Part shown: piece by piece, positions 24,247 to 33,698 of the stretch
Position numbering within the stretch: the first letter of the stretch is position 1
Layout of the letters: each line of letters begins with the position of its first letter
Sequence record: NC_048016.1
DNA length: 64,000 bases
Direction: 5' to 3' (one strand)
Translations under genes and position numbers: made by a program
The notes under the pieces: generated by a model
Seen by the model: only the letters and a program-made list of their open reading frames with translations
Databases searched by the model: none
Told to the model about the DNA's origin: nothing

Positions 24247-25860
24247 ATGAAAATCAAAAAGGTCAAAGACGAGATTACGATTTCGCGTAATGGTCAGACC
24301 CTCACGTTCGACGGCCTGCCCGCCATTAACCGCAAGCGTAATACGATCCAGACCGATTTGAGTCGCGATGATTTATTGTTCCTCGAACTCGAACGTTACT
24401 GGAGTACGCTGCCGGCAAAAAGTCTCGATGAGCTGTGGGAAGCTTACGAGATGGTTCAGGACTTAACTGCGGTCGATTCTTCTGTATTAGAAGAGCATCT
24501 GCCAAAGGTCATCCGTGTGATTGACCGCTTGCACCCGCCTGAGGTGTTCAAGCAGTTGTACCCCATGAATAAGGTGTGGATTCCTGAGAAGCTCCAAGAG
24601 AACTTTGACGGCCTCCCGCCAAACTACCCGGAGGCGATGACCTATATCCGTCCGGAGTATTACGAACTGCTGATTGAGACCTTGGCCATCAAACCGTTCC
24701 TGCCGGTGTTTAACCTGCTGGGTGCGTATATCGGCGGTAAAGGCCTCTCTCAGGACACCAAGCGTAAAGTGGTGCTGAGTATGGTTCGTTGCTTCAGCGT
24801 CATCTCTGACACCGCTGTGGCGCGCTCTCCGGCCATTGATAAGCTGCGGGTGTTCCTGAACTGTCTGGTTGAGAAGTTCCAGCGGGAATCGAACAAAGGG
24901 ATGGGCGGTACCAGCCTGTCGGTACTGGCGTCGGTTCGGGGTTACGGGTCGGATATGTTAGAAGAGTATCTTCTGGCGTACACCGTGGTCTACGTACTGG
25001 GGCTGCATCCAGTGGGGGCAGACTTCGCCACCGCGGATCTCAACGACAACAACACCATCTCGCAAATCTTCTACGCGATTCGCAGTGAAGTAGACGGTGG
25101 CTTTGCCTCTAAGATTTCTGGACAGTCGGTTATCTTAAAGCAGCACCCAAGCAACACGGTGTTTAATGGTGAGAAGGGTAAGACGAACGCCATTGACTTG
25201 GTGCAGGCACGTAGCCCCGCACCGGTGAAGGAGTTTGTCCGAACGGCGGTTGGGTTCAAAGATTACCGGCGCTTTATCAAGACATTGAACATCGACATCG
25301 CACCGGCTACGGTGAAGACGTTGATTGATTCGATTCTGGTGAACCACACCGGACCTATCTACGAACTGCACGAGTGGTTAGTGGCAGCAGCCCTGCATTC
25401 GAAAGCACATCGTCAGACGTACAAAGATATCGAAGTCGAATTCAAATACGGCATGGGTATCGCACAAGCCGTGTATCTACATTACGGCATGTACGAAGTG
25501 GCGGCCTTGCTTAGCTGTCAGATGTTACCGGGCAATGTCTCGGGTCATCCCATCTACGCAATCGAGCCTGACATCAAAATTAAGATGGATAGATATTATC
25601 CTCATGACTATCGCACAGTTAAAGGCGGTGGCAGCAATGAAAGTCCGGCACGTGAATCGTTGCGTCTTCTGTTAGACCAGCATATCGCGCCGTACTATTT
25701 CAACTTCAACTGTACCGAAGAGGCCAGGGTACATTTGAAAAGCGACTCCACGACGGTGGAACGCATGCGGCTGGGTGGACGCATCCAAACGCAACTGGCC
25801 GAATTCTTGACCATCCAAGCCCGACGTAAGCTGGATGAAGTCGCATTCTTTGTATCGTAA
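24247..25860 (+). CDS. nvRNAP promoter-specificity subunit (phiKZ gp68-like)
   Basis: 537 aa; syntenic position between ChmC-like and PicA-like genes. Confidence 0.7.
   Translation: MKIKKVKDEITISRNGQTLTFDGLPAINRKRNTIQTDLSRDDLLFLELERYWSTLPAKSLDELWEAYEMVQDLTAVDSSVLEEHLPKVIRVIDRLHPPEVFKQLYPMNKVWIPEKLQENFDGLPPNYPEAMTYIRPEYYELLIETLAIKPFLPVFNLLGAYIGGKGLSQDTKRKVVLSMVRCFSVISDTAVARSPAIDKLRVFLNCLVEKFQRESNKGMGGTSLSVLASVRGYGSDMLEEYLLAYTVVYVLGLHPVGADFATADLNDNNTISQIFYAIRSEVDGGFASKISGQSVILKQHPSNTVFNGEKGKTNAIDLVQARSPAPVKEFVRTAVGFKDYRRFIKTLNIDIAPATVKTLIDSILVNHTGPIYELHEWLVAAALHSKAHRQTYKDIEVEFKYGMGIAQAVYLHYGMYEVAALLSCQMLPGNVSGHPIYAIEPDIKIKMDRYYPHDYRTVKGGGSNESPARESLRLLLDQHIAPYYFNFNCTEEARVHLKSDSTTVERMRLGGRIQTQLAEFLTIQARRKLDEVAFFVS
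25591..25607 (+). promoter_or_regulatory. Internal copy of the early promoter motif
   Basis: AGATATTAT-CCTCA-TGA, ~270 nt before the PicA-like gene. Confidence 0.55.
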
Positions 25861-25874
25861 GGAGTAATTAATAA

Positions 25875-27548
25875 ATGAAATTAGTCAACATGTTGATGTA
25901 CCCGGTCTATGGTATCCCAGAGCAAATCCGTCGTCGTATGGCGTACAGCTCTTCTCTCTCAGCGATGGATGAACTGAAAGAGATTGTTTCGCGTGAAGGC
26001 CGTAACGCGATTGCAACCCCAATGTATCAGCAGGCGCTGTCTGATGTGGTTTCCTTTGACTCAACGCCAAACGGTATTGAGCGTCCACTGGTTAACGTGG
26101 GCGAAGGGAACATGGTCGACCGCTTTAACTACAACAGTGACAGCACCGATGTGTATAACTTCATCGCTGTTCTGGTGGCTGACCCGGTTAACGATACCCG
26201 CAGCCAAGAAACCCAATTCATCATCACCGGTTATACCAGTCGTGCGGAGCAATCATTAACGGGCTTACTGCCTGATGACATGGTGCTTTATATCAACGAC
26301 GTGTTCGGTCTGCAGCAGACCTACGGTGCACCGGATCTGTTCGGTCAGCGTCAGGTTATCCCGGGCAGTGAGCGCATGGTGGACAACTACGTGTTGTCGC
26401 AGGCACTGAGTGTTGACAACTATCAGGAATCGACCATCGATCTTATCTCGATTGCAAAATCGGCAGATATGGTGCGTAAGATTCAACTGGGTGCCAATGA
26501 GCAGTTCGTGCCAGATGCCAACACCATCTTCTCACCGGTGGCGTCAACGCAGGCGCAGCTGATGTCTTCTCGCCTGACCAACCCGGGTGAGTTCGTCAGT
26601 GCCATGTCAACGAGCTATCTGAAGTCGCGTGGTCAGGACGACACACTGACCGCAGTGGATTCCTTCTTTGACTCTGACGGCGCAAACGGCGTACAGCGTG
26701 AACTGAATGGCATGGGTGTGATGCGCAGCTTTGCGTCATTCCCGTTCATCCGTTCTCTGCGTGAATCGCTGCAGCGCAACACCGGGCTGGGCAGTGAAGC
26801 GTGGCGTAATGCCCAGAAGGCAAACTTCCGCCTGATGGATATCCGTGCGGCTATCTCAAACCCTGAGAAGCTGAACGTGGATATCAGCACCTCGCTGCAC
26901 GATGCGTTCATGAACCGTACCGGCATTATCGAGAAGACCGATAACTGGCTGTCCATGAATGATTACTCGACGCCGGGCTCACTGGTTGCGTTCGACATCG
27001 CTATGCAGCTGTCTCAGGTAATGGCCCGCAGTAAAGTGGGTGCCTGTGCTATCACGTTTGACAACATGATGGCTGACTTCGTGACTGAACCGACGCTCAT
27101 GGTGAACCCACGTTCTGTCGAAGGGATCATGAAGACGCAGTTACCTGCCGCGTTAGCACAACAGTTGCTGTCGGATCTGAAGCGTTTGTTCATCACCGTG
27201 AGCAAGCACAACAGTCTGCGCTTTGAAGTGTTTATCGTTGCACGTCTGGGCACGGTTAACCGTATTGAGATCAGAATGGATGGCGACCTCGTAAAAGAGT
27301 TCTTCACCTTCGCCTCCTTTATGTCTAACCGCCTGCACATGGGTAACACCACTGACTTGAAATACGTAGGCCAGCTGGCAAAAGACACCGAACGCCTGTT
27401 CTCCAGCATCGACGAAGCGTACGTGGATAACGAACGTGCTGTTGGTAAGAGCAATCTCCAATTTAACATTCCTGATGCACCGGGTACGGGCAACGCGGGA
27501 CTGGGCGGTCTGGGGTTATCTTCCGACTTCGATAACTTCAAACTCTAA
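25875..27548 (+). CDS. picA: PicA/Imp1-like nuclear import factor (phiKZ gp69 position)
   Basis: 557 aa; synteny only (between gp68-like and gp70-like genes). Confidence 0.6.
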   Translation: MKLVNMLMYPVYGIPEQIRRRMAYSSSLSAMDELKEIVSREGRNAIATPMYQQALSDVVSFDSTPNGIERPLVNVGEGNMVDRFNYNSDSTDVYNFIAVLVADPVNDTRSQETQFIITGYTSRAEQSLTGLLPDDMVLYINDVFGLQQTYGAPDLFGQRQVIPGSERMVDNYVLSQALSVDNYQESTIDLISIAKSADMVRKIQLGANEQFVPDANTIFSPVASTQAQLMSSRLTNPGEFVSAMSTSYLKSRGQDDTLTAVDSFFDSDGANGVQRELNGMGVMRSFASFPFIRSLRESLQRNTGLGSEAWRNAQKANFRLMDIRAAISNPEKLNVDISTSLHDAFMNRTGIIEKTDNWLSMNDYSTPGSLVAFDIAMQLSQVMARSKVGACAITFDNMMADFVTEPTLMVNPRSVEGIMKTQLPAALAQQLLSDLKRLFITVSKHNSLRFEVFIVARLGTVNRIEIRMDGDLVKEFFTFASFMSNRLHMGNTTDLKYVGQLAKDTERLFSSIDEAYVDNERAVGKSNLQFNIPDAPGTGNAGLGGLGLSSDFDNFKL

Positions 27549-27566
27549 GCAAGGATCAATTAACCG

Positions 27567-28904
27567 ATGAACATTTTAGACTTCTATACTGGCCAGATGG
27601 GTTCGTGGGGTTTTGACCGTGATGGCGATAAGTTCGTCTATCGGGATGACAAGACCCCAGCGTATTTCACGTACAATAAAGTGCGTCGTCGTCTGGTGCT
27701 GCCAACCACAGCCATGCTGAAAGCGGGCATGGAAGATGAAGACGGCACCGAGTGCCATGCGTATCACCCGCTGTGCGAATCTGTGATGTACGGCGAATCG
27801 GGTACCAACCGTTTCATGAAGAAAGCCATCATGAACCAACTGTGGCTGCGTTCGATTGAGCTTATCGAGTACGTACTCGATACAGCCGCCGAAGGTAAGA
27901 AGGTGCGTCTGGCAGGTTACACCAACTGGTTAGCCGGCATCTGCGAAGGGATTAAAGACCCGAAGCTTGATAAGGTGCTCCAGCAAAGCTTCACCACGCT
28001 CATGAACTACGTGCGCGATAACATGGATGAAAAGAAACGTCTGCAGCTGTTTATCGCAACGGATCTGGTTATCGATGGGGTGAAGTACGTGCGTGCAGCG
28101 AACTTCCGTCACTGCTTTGAAGAAGAAGGCGAAGACGGAACCGCAACGTACTTTGGTGCAACCCTGCGCCGTAAGCAGGATAAGGTGATTCTGCATCGCC
28201 TGCTGACTGCGGTCTTTGGCTGGTATCCACCGGTCACGGGTTCTAATGATGACCGTCCGTACTTCGGTTGTCTGGCACGTGGTTGGGCGAACTATGTCAT
28301 CAACTACAACCAGATTGTCCGGGGCTTAAAGGATCACACGCCACTGCGTCCTCTGGACGATGCGTGGATCTCAGAGCTGGACTCGCTGGAGAAGTATAAC
28401 GATAAAATCCAAACGCTGCCGTATAACGTCGGTCCGCGTGGGGAGAACGAGCAGGATACGTCTGCCCGTGAATATCGTCTTAAGCCATCACAGGGCCACA
28501 TCGAGAAAGCGGCACCCACTGCATCCAGCAGTGAGGAACCAGCGAAAGATGACCCGATGGCATTCTTCTCACGGCATGGCGTTGCCCGTCGCGGAAACAA
28601 CTCTATCCTCGCGGCACCGGACCCGTCTCGCATGACGCCGGTACAGCAGGCAGAGTACGAACGTACGGGCCGTGTCAATGCACAGGGCGAAACCATCAGC
28701 AGTATGTCACTGGCATCGGCTGTGGGTAACAACACCACGCTGAACACCAACAACGGTGGCAGCTTGCTGAGCAATAACAACAGCGGTGGTTTGTTGGGCG
28801 GTGGTTCATTACTGGGCGGTGGGTCGCTCTTGGGTGGCGATAGCAACAGCGGGTCATTGTTAGGCGGGTCATCTAACAACGGCATCTGGGGCTTGGGCAT
28901 CTAA
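27567..28904 (+). CDS. Conserved protein (phiKZ gp70 position) with GSLLG-repeat tail
   Basis: 445 aa; HPL.ES...GES motif; low-complexity C-terminus. Confidence 0.8.
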   Translation: MNILDFYTGQMGSWGFDRDGDKFVYRDDKTPAYFTYNKVRRRLVLPTTAMLKAGMEDEDGTECHAYHPLCESVMYGESGTNRFMKKAIMNQLWLRSIELIEYVLDTAAEGKKVRLAGYTNWLAGICEGIKDPKLDKVLQQSFTTLMNYVRDNMDEKKRLQLFIATDLVIDGVKYVRAANFRHCFEEEGEDGTATYFGATLRRKQDKVILHRLLTAVFGWYPPVTGSNDDRPYFGCLARGWANYVINYNQIVRGLKDHTPLRPLDDAWISELDSLEKYNDKIQTLPYNVGPRGENEQDTSAREYRLKPSQGHIEKAAPTASSSEEPAKDDPMAFFSRHGVARRGNNSILAAPDPSRMTPVQQAEYERTGRVNAQGETISSMSLASAVGNNTTLNTNNGGSLLSNNNSGGLLGGGSLLGGGSLLGGDSNSGSLLGGSSNNGIWGLGI

Positions 28905-28906
28905 GC

Positions 28907-28945
28907 AAAAAAAAATAAAGGGGTCGCAGTGGCCCCTTCTTTTTT
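28907..28945. terminator. Bidirectional terminator
   Basis: A run, AAGGGG/CCCCTT, T run, between convergent genes. Confidence 0.75.
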
Positions 28946-29265
28946 TATAGAATGGTGGAGATAATGGAGTTCACCAGTGGGGCACTGGGGACTTTCAGCA
29001 TCGTGTACTTTTCAGGCGTGAAAGCAAGCGGGTTGGTGATACCGTTCAATAACATCGTGGGATAGATTTGAATATCTTCTAAACCAATGGCCTTACAAAA
29101 GGTGTAGAAGGAGTGGACCTCCGGGTAGCTGTGAGCAGGGTCAACCAGCATATCCGCGGTATCTGCGTGATTACGCATAAAGGCGATGTGATCGCGCAGC
29201 ACACGATTCCTATCCGTCTCCGGTGGAGGGATAATATTTCCTAGGGTGATAAACGATTCTAACAC
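28945..29265 (-). CDS. Small conserved protein, possible LysM/tail-X-like fold
   Basis: AAGGAG RBS, GTG start; MLLNGITNP....L.VP pattern. Confidence 0.7.
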   Translation of the reverse strand: MLESFITLGNIIPPPETDRNRVLRDHIAFMRNHADTADMLVDPAHSYPEVHSFYTFCKAIGLEDIQIYPTMLLNGITNPLAFTPEKYTMLKVPSAPLVNSIISTIL

Positions 29266-29293
29266 GGGTGTCTCCTTAAAAGAAACTAGAGAT

Positions 29294-29310
29294 AGATATT
29301 ATCCTCATGA
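29294..29310 (+). promoter_or_regulatory. Putative early promoter motif
   Basis: AGATATTAT-CCTCA-TGA. Confidence 0.7.
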
Positions 29311-29336
29311 TGCTACACGAAAGGAGTAATTCATAA

Positions 29337-31556
29337 ATGCAGTCGAATGTCGAATTTAAGGGCGTATCCGCCGACCGTGAACCGTTAATCGATCACGTTT
29401 CTGGTTCGCGCGCAGCAATGGTTGGTGGTCATATGAAATCGGCGGTACCGATTGACCATCCAACACCCTCCCCCCATTTTACCGGAGCTGATTCCGAGTA
29501 CGCGAAGTACATGTTCAATGACATTATCGAAGACGATGGCGAAGTTGCCACCTTTGACGATAAAGGTCGCCAACGTCGTGCTGTGTTTGCCCGTCATGCC
29601 AAACGCGGTGATCCGAATGTGTTGCAGTATGCCATCTTCTTCCGCCGTAGCGAAAAGGGTGCCGGTACGCAGCACAAGACGATGATTGATTTGGCGATGA
29701 CCAGTAACTATACCCATCACGATCATATCTTCACCTCAGAGTTGCGTCCGACCGATAAACTGCGTGGCATTGCCCGTGGTGAAATCAAAGAGGTGTTGCG
29801 TGATGATGTGCTGACCGAATTCAATGCGGTTCAGGACGGTGAGCTGGTTGACGGTGTGGCACTGCCTACCGTTGCGATGTCACACCCGGACATTATCGAG
29901 GATTCCTACACGATTTCTGAGACCGCGGCACATCTGATGCACGGTTGGGGTTATCGTGAGATAATGTTATCGCTGCGTGAAGATGAGTATCTGCTCGATA
30001 CGTACGGCACCTTTATTAACGGTGTGCGGCGTCCGCAGTATTTCCCGGAATACGGACAGGCGATTCGTGATGACGGTTTGGTGATTGCTGCCCGTCGCCA
30101 TGACCCGCTCTACGCGGCAATTGATTCTCACTTGGGTGAGACCATGCACGCCAGTCCGTTCTTTGACCATTGTGAGTACGTGGATGCGGACCCGGAGCAT
30201 TACATGCGTCCGACCGAATTCAACGGCAGTCGCGTAATTGACATTCAGGTCTGGCGTGATGAGTCGTCGATTAACAACGGACAGAACAACATCCGTTGTA
30301 CCACAGAAAACAAAACGGTGCTGGATCTCTACGCCGGTGCACTGAAAGATTTCTATCGGGAACTGGTGCGGTTCTACTTTACCATGAGCAAAGACGACAA
30401 CATCGTCTGGTCGCCTAAAGCAGCCGAGCTTCTGGATAAAGCGTTCGCCTCGGAAACCTACGAAGTCTATTCGGAGTTCCAGCGTGAGATGCGTCGTGAG
30501 ATTGATGAAGCCGTTAAACGTGGCGAGTACAAACGTGACCAAGCGGACACGCGTATTCTGCAGCGCTTAAAGGAGCCGGTTCAGCGTTCACTGAAAGACC
30601 CTATCAACACGTATACCGTGAAGATTGTGGTACGCTATCCGATTCCGGTTACGGTCTCGTCCAAAATCACCGACCGTTCAGGCACCAAGGGTATCGTGGG
30701 TCGGGTGTTACCTGACGAGCAGATGCCAATTAACAAACTGGGCCAGCGTGTACACGTCATTCGCTCTCAGAACGCCGTGGTACGTCGCTCGACCTATTCC
30801 GGATTATTCCACATCTATTGGTCTGCGGCCAGTGAGCAGTTGAAGCTGCGGCTCAAACCGATGCTGGAACAGGATCAGGTGAATGAAGCGTTTGATATTC
30901 TTATCGACTATCTCGCGCGCTTCAACATCGATTGGGCGAACTACATGCAGGAGGAGCACACAACGGAAGTGCAGCGCGTAGAACTCTTCAAAGAGATCTT
31001 CGACTTCACCATCCGTATTTGGCTTCCGCATGAACTCGACACCACACCGATGGACATCGTACACAAGCTGGGTGAGTATGCACCACAGAAATCGGAGCTG
31101 CTTATTACCAACTACGACGGTGTGCAGGAGTGGACGAAGAACAAGTTCTACGTGGGTCACGTGGAAACCCTTCGTCTGGATAAGACCGGTCGTGAGTTCT
31201 CGTGTATCTCCTCGATGCACTTGAACTACCTCGGTACCATCGATGCGTCCCACGCAGGCCGTGGCGGTTACCCGATTAACTTCTCTGCGAAGAAGTGGAT
31301 GGGGGAATCCGAACGTCGTCTGTTATCCGGTTACGGTAATCTGGCGGATGAGGTGCACAACCGTGCGAACTCAAACGTGGTGCACCGTACGGTCGTGGAG
31401 GCGATGTACGAATCAGACACGCCAACTAACCCGGGGTATATCATCGACAGGAAGAAATTCCCACTCGGTGAATCTCAGGTGGATAAGATGATTCGTAACA
31501 TTCACCGTTGCGAAGGTTTTGAATTGATTAGACCAGTCCGGGAGGATGCAGAATGA
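29337..31556 (+). CDS. nvRNAP beta subunit (phiKZ gp71-73-like), uninterrupted
   Basis: SRAAMVGGHMKSAV (cf. NRALMGSNMQRQAV) and SKITDRSGTKGIV (cf. GDKMAGRHGNKGVV). Confidence 0.9.
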   Translation: MQSNVEFKGVSADREPLIDHVSGSRAAMVGGHMKSAVPIDHPTPSPHFTGADSEYAKYMFNDIIEDDGEVATFDDKGRQRRAVFARHAKRGDPNVLQYAIFFRRSEKGAGTQHKTMIDLAMTSNYTHHDHIFTSELRPTDKLRGIARGEIKEVLRDDVLTEFNAVQDGELVDGVALPTVAMSHPDIIEDSYTISETAAHLMHGWGYREIMLSLREDEYLLDTYGTFINGVRRPQYFPEYGQAIRDDGLVIAARRHDPLYAAIDSHLGETMHASPFFDHCEYVDADPEHYMRPTEFNGSRVIDIQVWRDESSINNGQNNIRCTTENKTVLDLYAGALKDFYRELVRFYFTMSKDDNIVWSPKAAELLDKAFASETYEVYSEFQREMRREIDEAVKRGEYKRDQADTRILQRLKEPVQRSLKDPINTYTVKIVVRYPIPVTVSSKITDRSGTKGIVGRVLPDEQMPINKLGQRVHVIRSQNAVVRRSTYSGLFHIYWSAASEQLKLRLKPMLEQDQVNEAFDILIDYLARFNIDWANYMQEEHTTEVQRVELFKEIFDFTIRIWLPHELDTTPMDIVHKLGEYAPQKSELLITNYDGVQEWTKNKFYVGHVETLRLDKTGREFSCISSMHLNYLGTIDASHAGRGGYPINFSAKKWMGESERRLLSGYGNLADEVHNRANSNVVHRTVVEAMYESDTPTNPGYIIDRKKFPLGESQVDKMIRNIHRCEGFELIRPVREDAE

Positions 31557-33652
31557 ATGGGTGTCCTGTACACATTCGCGATTTAAGGATGTTACCTGCG
31601 GAGAAAGTCTGGAAGATGCGCGGTCGTTACGACGTGACCTTCGATGATGGCGTGACCTTGCCGGTGTCTTCACGACACGTTAAGTTGAGTTGGCCGTACT
31701 GGGCTCTGTCGCGTTACTATCCGCAAGTCTCGACACCCTCGTCTTTGTGCTTTAAACCGGGTGATGTGTCAACGGATGACCGTCACATTGACTTCATGTC
31801 GATTGCGGCCGTGCTGGCACGTGAAGCCGGTGTTGATCTGGGGGATACGCGTTATATCCTCTCGCAGCATGTGTACGCAGATGCTTTTAACTTAACCGTT
31901 AAGCACCTGCTGCCGTATTGCACCACGATTGACATCGACACCATGCGTGACATCTACGACCACCCGGACTTCCAGATTATTCTGCAGTGGGCAGTTGAGT
32001 ACCCAACGGGTTACGACTCGGAAGGTAACGACAAAGTTGAAGATGCCTATCAGATCATCGAAAAGATACTGCTGCTTGATCCGAACCTCTCCATGAACCC
32101 GTTGGCGATGTCGGTGAAAGACGGTACTATGAAGATGAACCAGATACTGCAAGCGTATGTGCGTGGTAAGACGTCAGAGATTGACTCGCGTGTCTACACT
32201 AATCAGGTTTGGGAAGGTTTCTTCAACGGTCTGCACAAACTGGCTTCACGTCTCAAGGAAGCGGGTGCCACCTCGCGTTCGCATCTGTATAACACGGATA
32301 ACATCGCCGAAGCGGAGTACGGTTCACGTAAGCTGCAGCTGGTAGCCAACGTGCTCATGAACTTCAGCTACGACGACTGTGGTACCACAGAGGCACACGA
32401 GTTCACCTTCACCGAGCTCGAACATCACAAGCAAGCGTTCAAAGCCATGAAAGGCATGCGCTATCGCTTTGAGAACGAGGGCGGGCCATGGCGTCGGTTT
32501 GAACCTGAAGACTTTGAAAAGGTGAAAGACCGTCCGCTGTTGTTCCGCAGTGCGATGACGTGTAAGCATCTGGCCAAGCAAGGGCTCTGTGCGGGTTGTA
32601 TGGGTGATCTCATCTTCAACCTGTCCGAAGACACCTCGCCGGGCCACCTTGCTTCGACCTCTATCTCAGAGAAGGGATCGCAGGGTATTCTCTCGACCAA
32701 GCACTTAGACTTCCTGCGTGCGTTGCTGAAGTTAATTCTGACGCCACCGATGCAGCAGTATCTGGACAAGTTCGAGAAGGATTCCCAGAAAGGCTTGAAG
32801 CTCAAGGGCAAACCGTTGAACGGTGCGTGGAGCGAATACGAGCTGGTGATTTCTGATAAGCTGTATTCTGAGCTGAGTCAGATTGCGTACCACGAGAACA
32901 TGGACGATGTCGATGAAACGGCACTGCCGGAAATCAACGACCTCACGTTCCAGCGGTACGACAAAGAAGGCGAGCTGCAGTTTGAAGAGTCTGTGGATGC
33001 ACGTATGGGTGTGTGCGGTAACTTCTCGAAGGCGTTCTTACGTTTCTTCTTGAAGCATCGCGACAGCCTGCGTTTTGTGAAGAAGCTCGTTCACATTCCA
33101 CTGGCCCAGTGGCACACCGCTCAACCCTTGCTTATCTATACCAACCGTTCTGAATCCATGGCAGAGTTCGTAGCCGGTCTTGAGACCAAGCTGCGTTCTG
33201 TTGCTGCCGATAAGAACGACGAAGCCGATGATGTTATCAGCGTCGACAACTCGGTGAAGATGAACAAGAAAGGCAAGGTGAAAACCTTAACGCTGGTTGA
33301 AATGGGTGGCGCGACTGAACGCCAATGTACGTATGCGTTGTTTGATACCTTCCGTTACATCAGTCGTAAGCTTAACGGCGTCCCGATGTGTCACGTGGGT
33401 ATCATGTTAGCGGTCTCGCGTGTTGAATCCCCAACCGATTCTTTCCCGGCGGTGGGCTTTGACCGTGAAGAAGCTAACGAGGTGAGCGGCAAACGTTTCG
33501 TGGATCACAACACCCTCATCGGGATTCGTAGTGGTGCACCGATGTTGCTGTTCCAAGGTCAACAAGACTACCTCAATAACGTCGGCTTCTGGGTAAATGA
33601 GAAACGTCCTGCCAGTCTTTATGATGGGGCGTTTCCTACGCTACCTAAGTAA
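31553..33652 (+). CDS. nvRNAP beta' middle/C-terminal subunit (phiKZ gp74-like)
   Basis: RSAMTC...GLCAGC zinc site; SEKGSQGILSTKH (cf. GEPGTQLTMRTFH). Confidence 0.88.
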   Translation: MNGCPVHIRDLRMLPAEKVWKMRGRYDVTFDDGVTLPVSSRHVKLSWPYWALSRYYPQVSTPSSLCFKPGDVSTDDRHIDFMSIAAVLAREAGVDLGDTRYILSQHVYADAFNLTVKHLLPYCTTIDIDTMRDIYDHPDFQIILQWAVEYPTGYDSEGNDKVEDAYQIIEKILLLDPNLSMNPLAMSVKDGTMKMNQILQAYVRGKTSEIDSRVYTNQVWEGFFNGLHKLASRLKEAGATSRSHLYNTDNIAEAEYGSRKLQLVANVLMNFSYDDCGTTEAHEFTFTELEHHKQAFKAMKGMRYRFENEGGPWRRFEPEDFEKVKDRPLLFRSAMTCKHLAKQGLCAGCMGDLIFNLSEDTSPGHLASTSISEKGSQGILSTKHLDFLRALLKLILTPPMQQYLDKFEKDSQKGLKLKGKPLNGAWSEYELVISDKLYSELSQIAYHENMDDVDETALPEINDLTFQRYDKEGELQFEESVDARMGVCGNFSKAFLRFFLKHRDSLRFVKKLVHIPLAQWHTAQPLLIYTNRSESMAEFVAGLETKLRSVAADKNDEADDVISVDNSVKMNKKGKVKTLTLVEMGGATERQCTYALFDTFRYISRKLNGVPMCHVGIMLAVSRVESPTDSFPAVGFDREEANEVSGKRFVDHNTLIGIRSGAPMLLFQGQQDYLNNVGFWVNEKRPASLYDGAFPTLPK

Positions 33653-33656
33653 ATAG

Positions 33657-33684
33657 AGAGAGGGGCACCCGCCCCTCTTTTTTT
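33657..33684 (+). terminator. Intrinsic terminator
   Basis: AGAGGGGC-ACCC-GCCCCTCT plus a T run. Confidence 0.85.
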
Positions 33685-33698
33685 CTCAGAGGGGCCTT

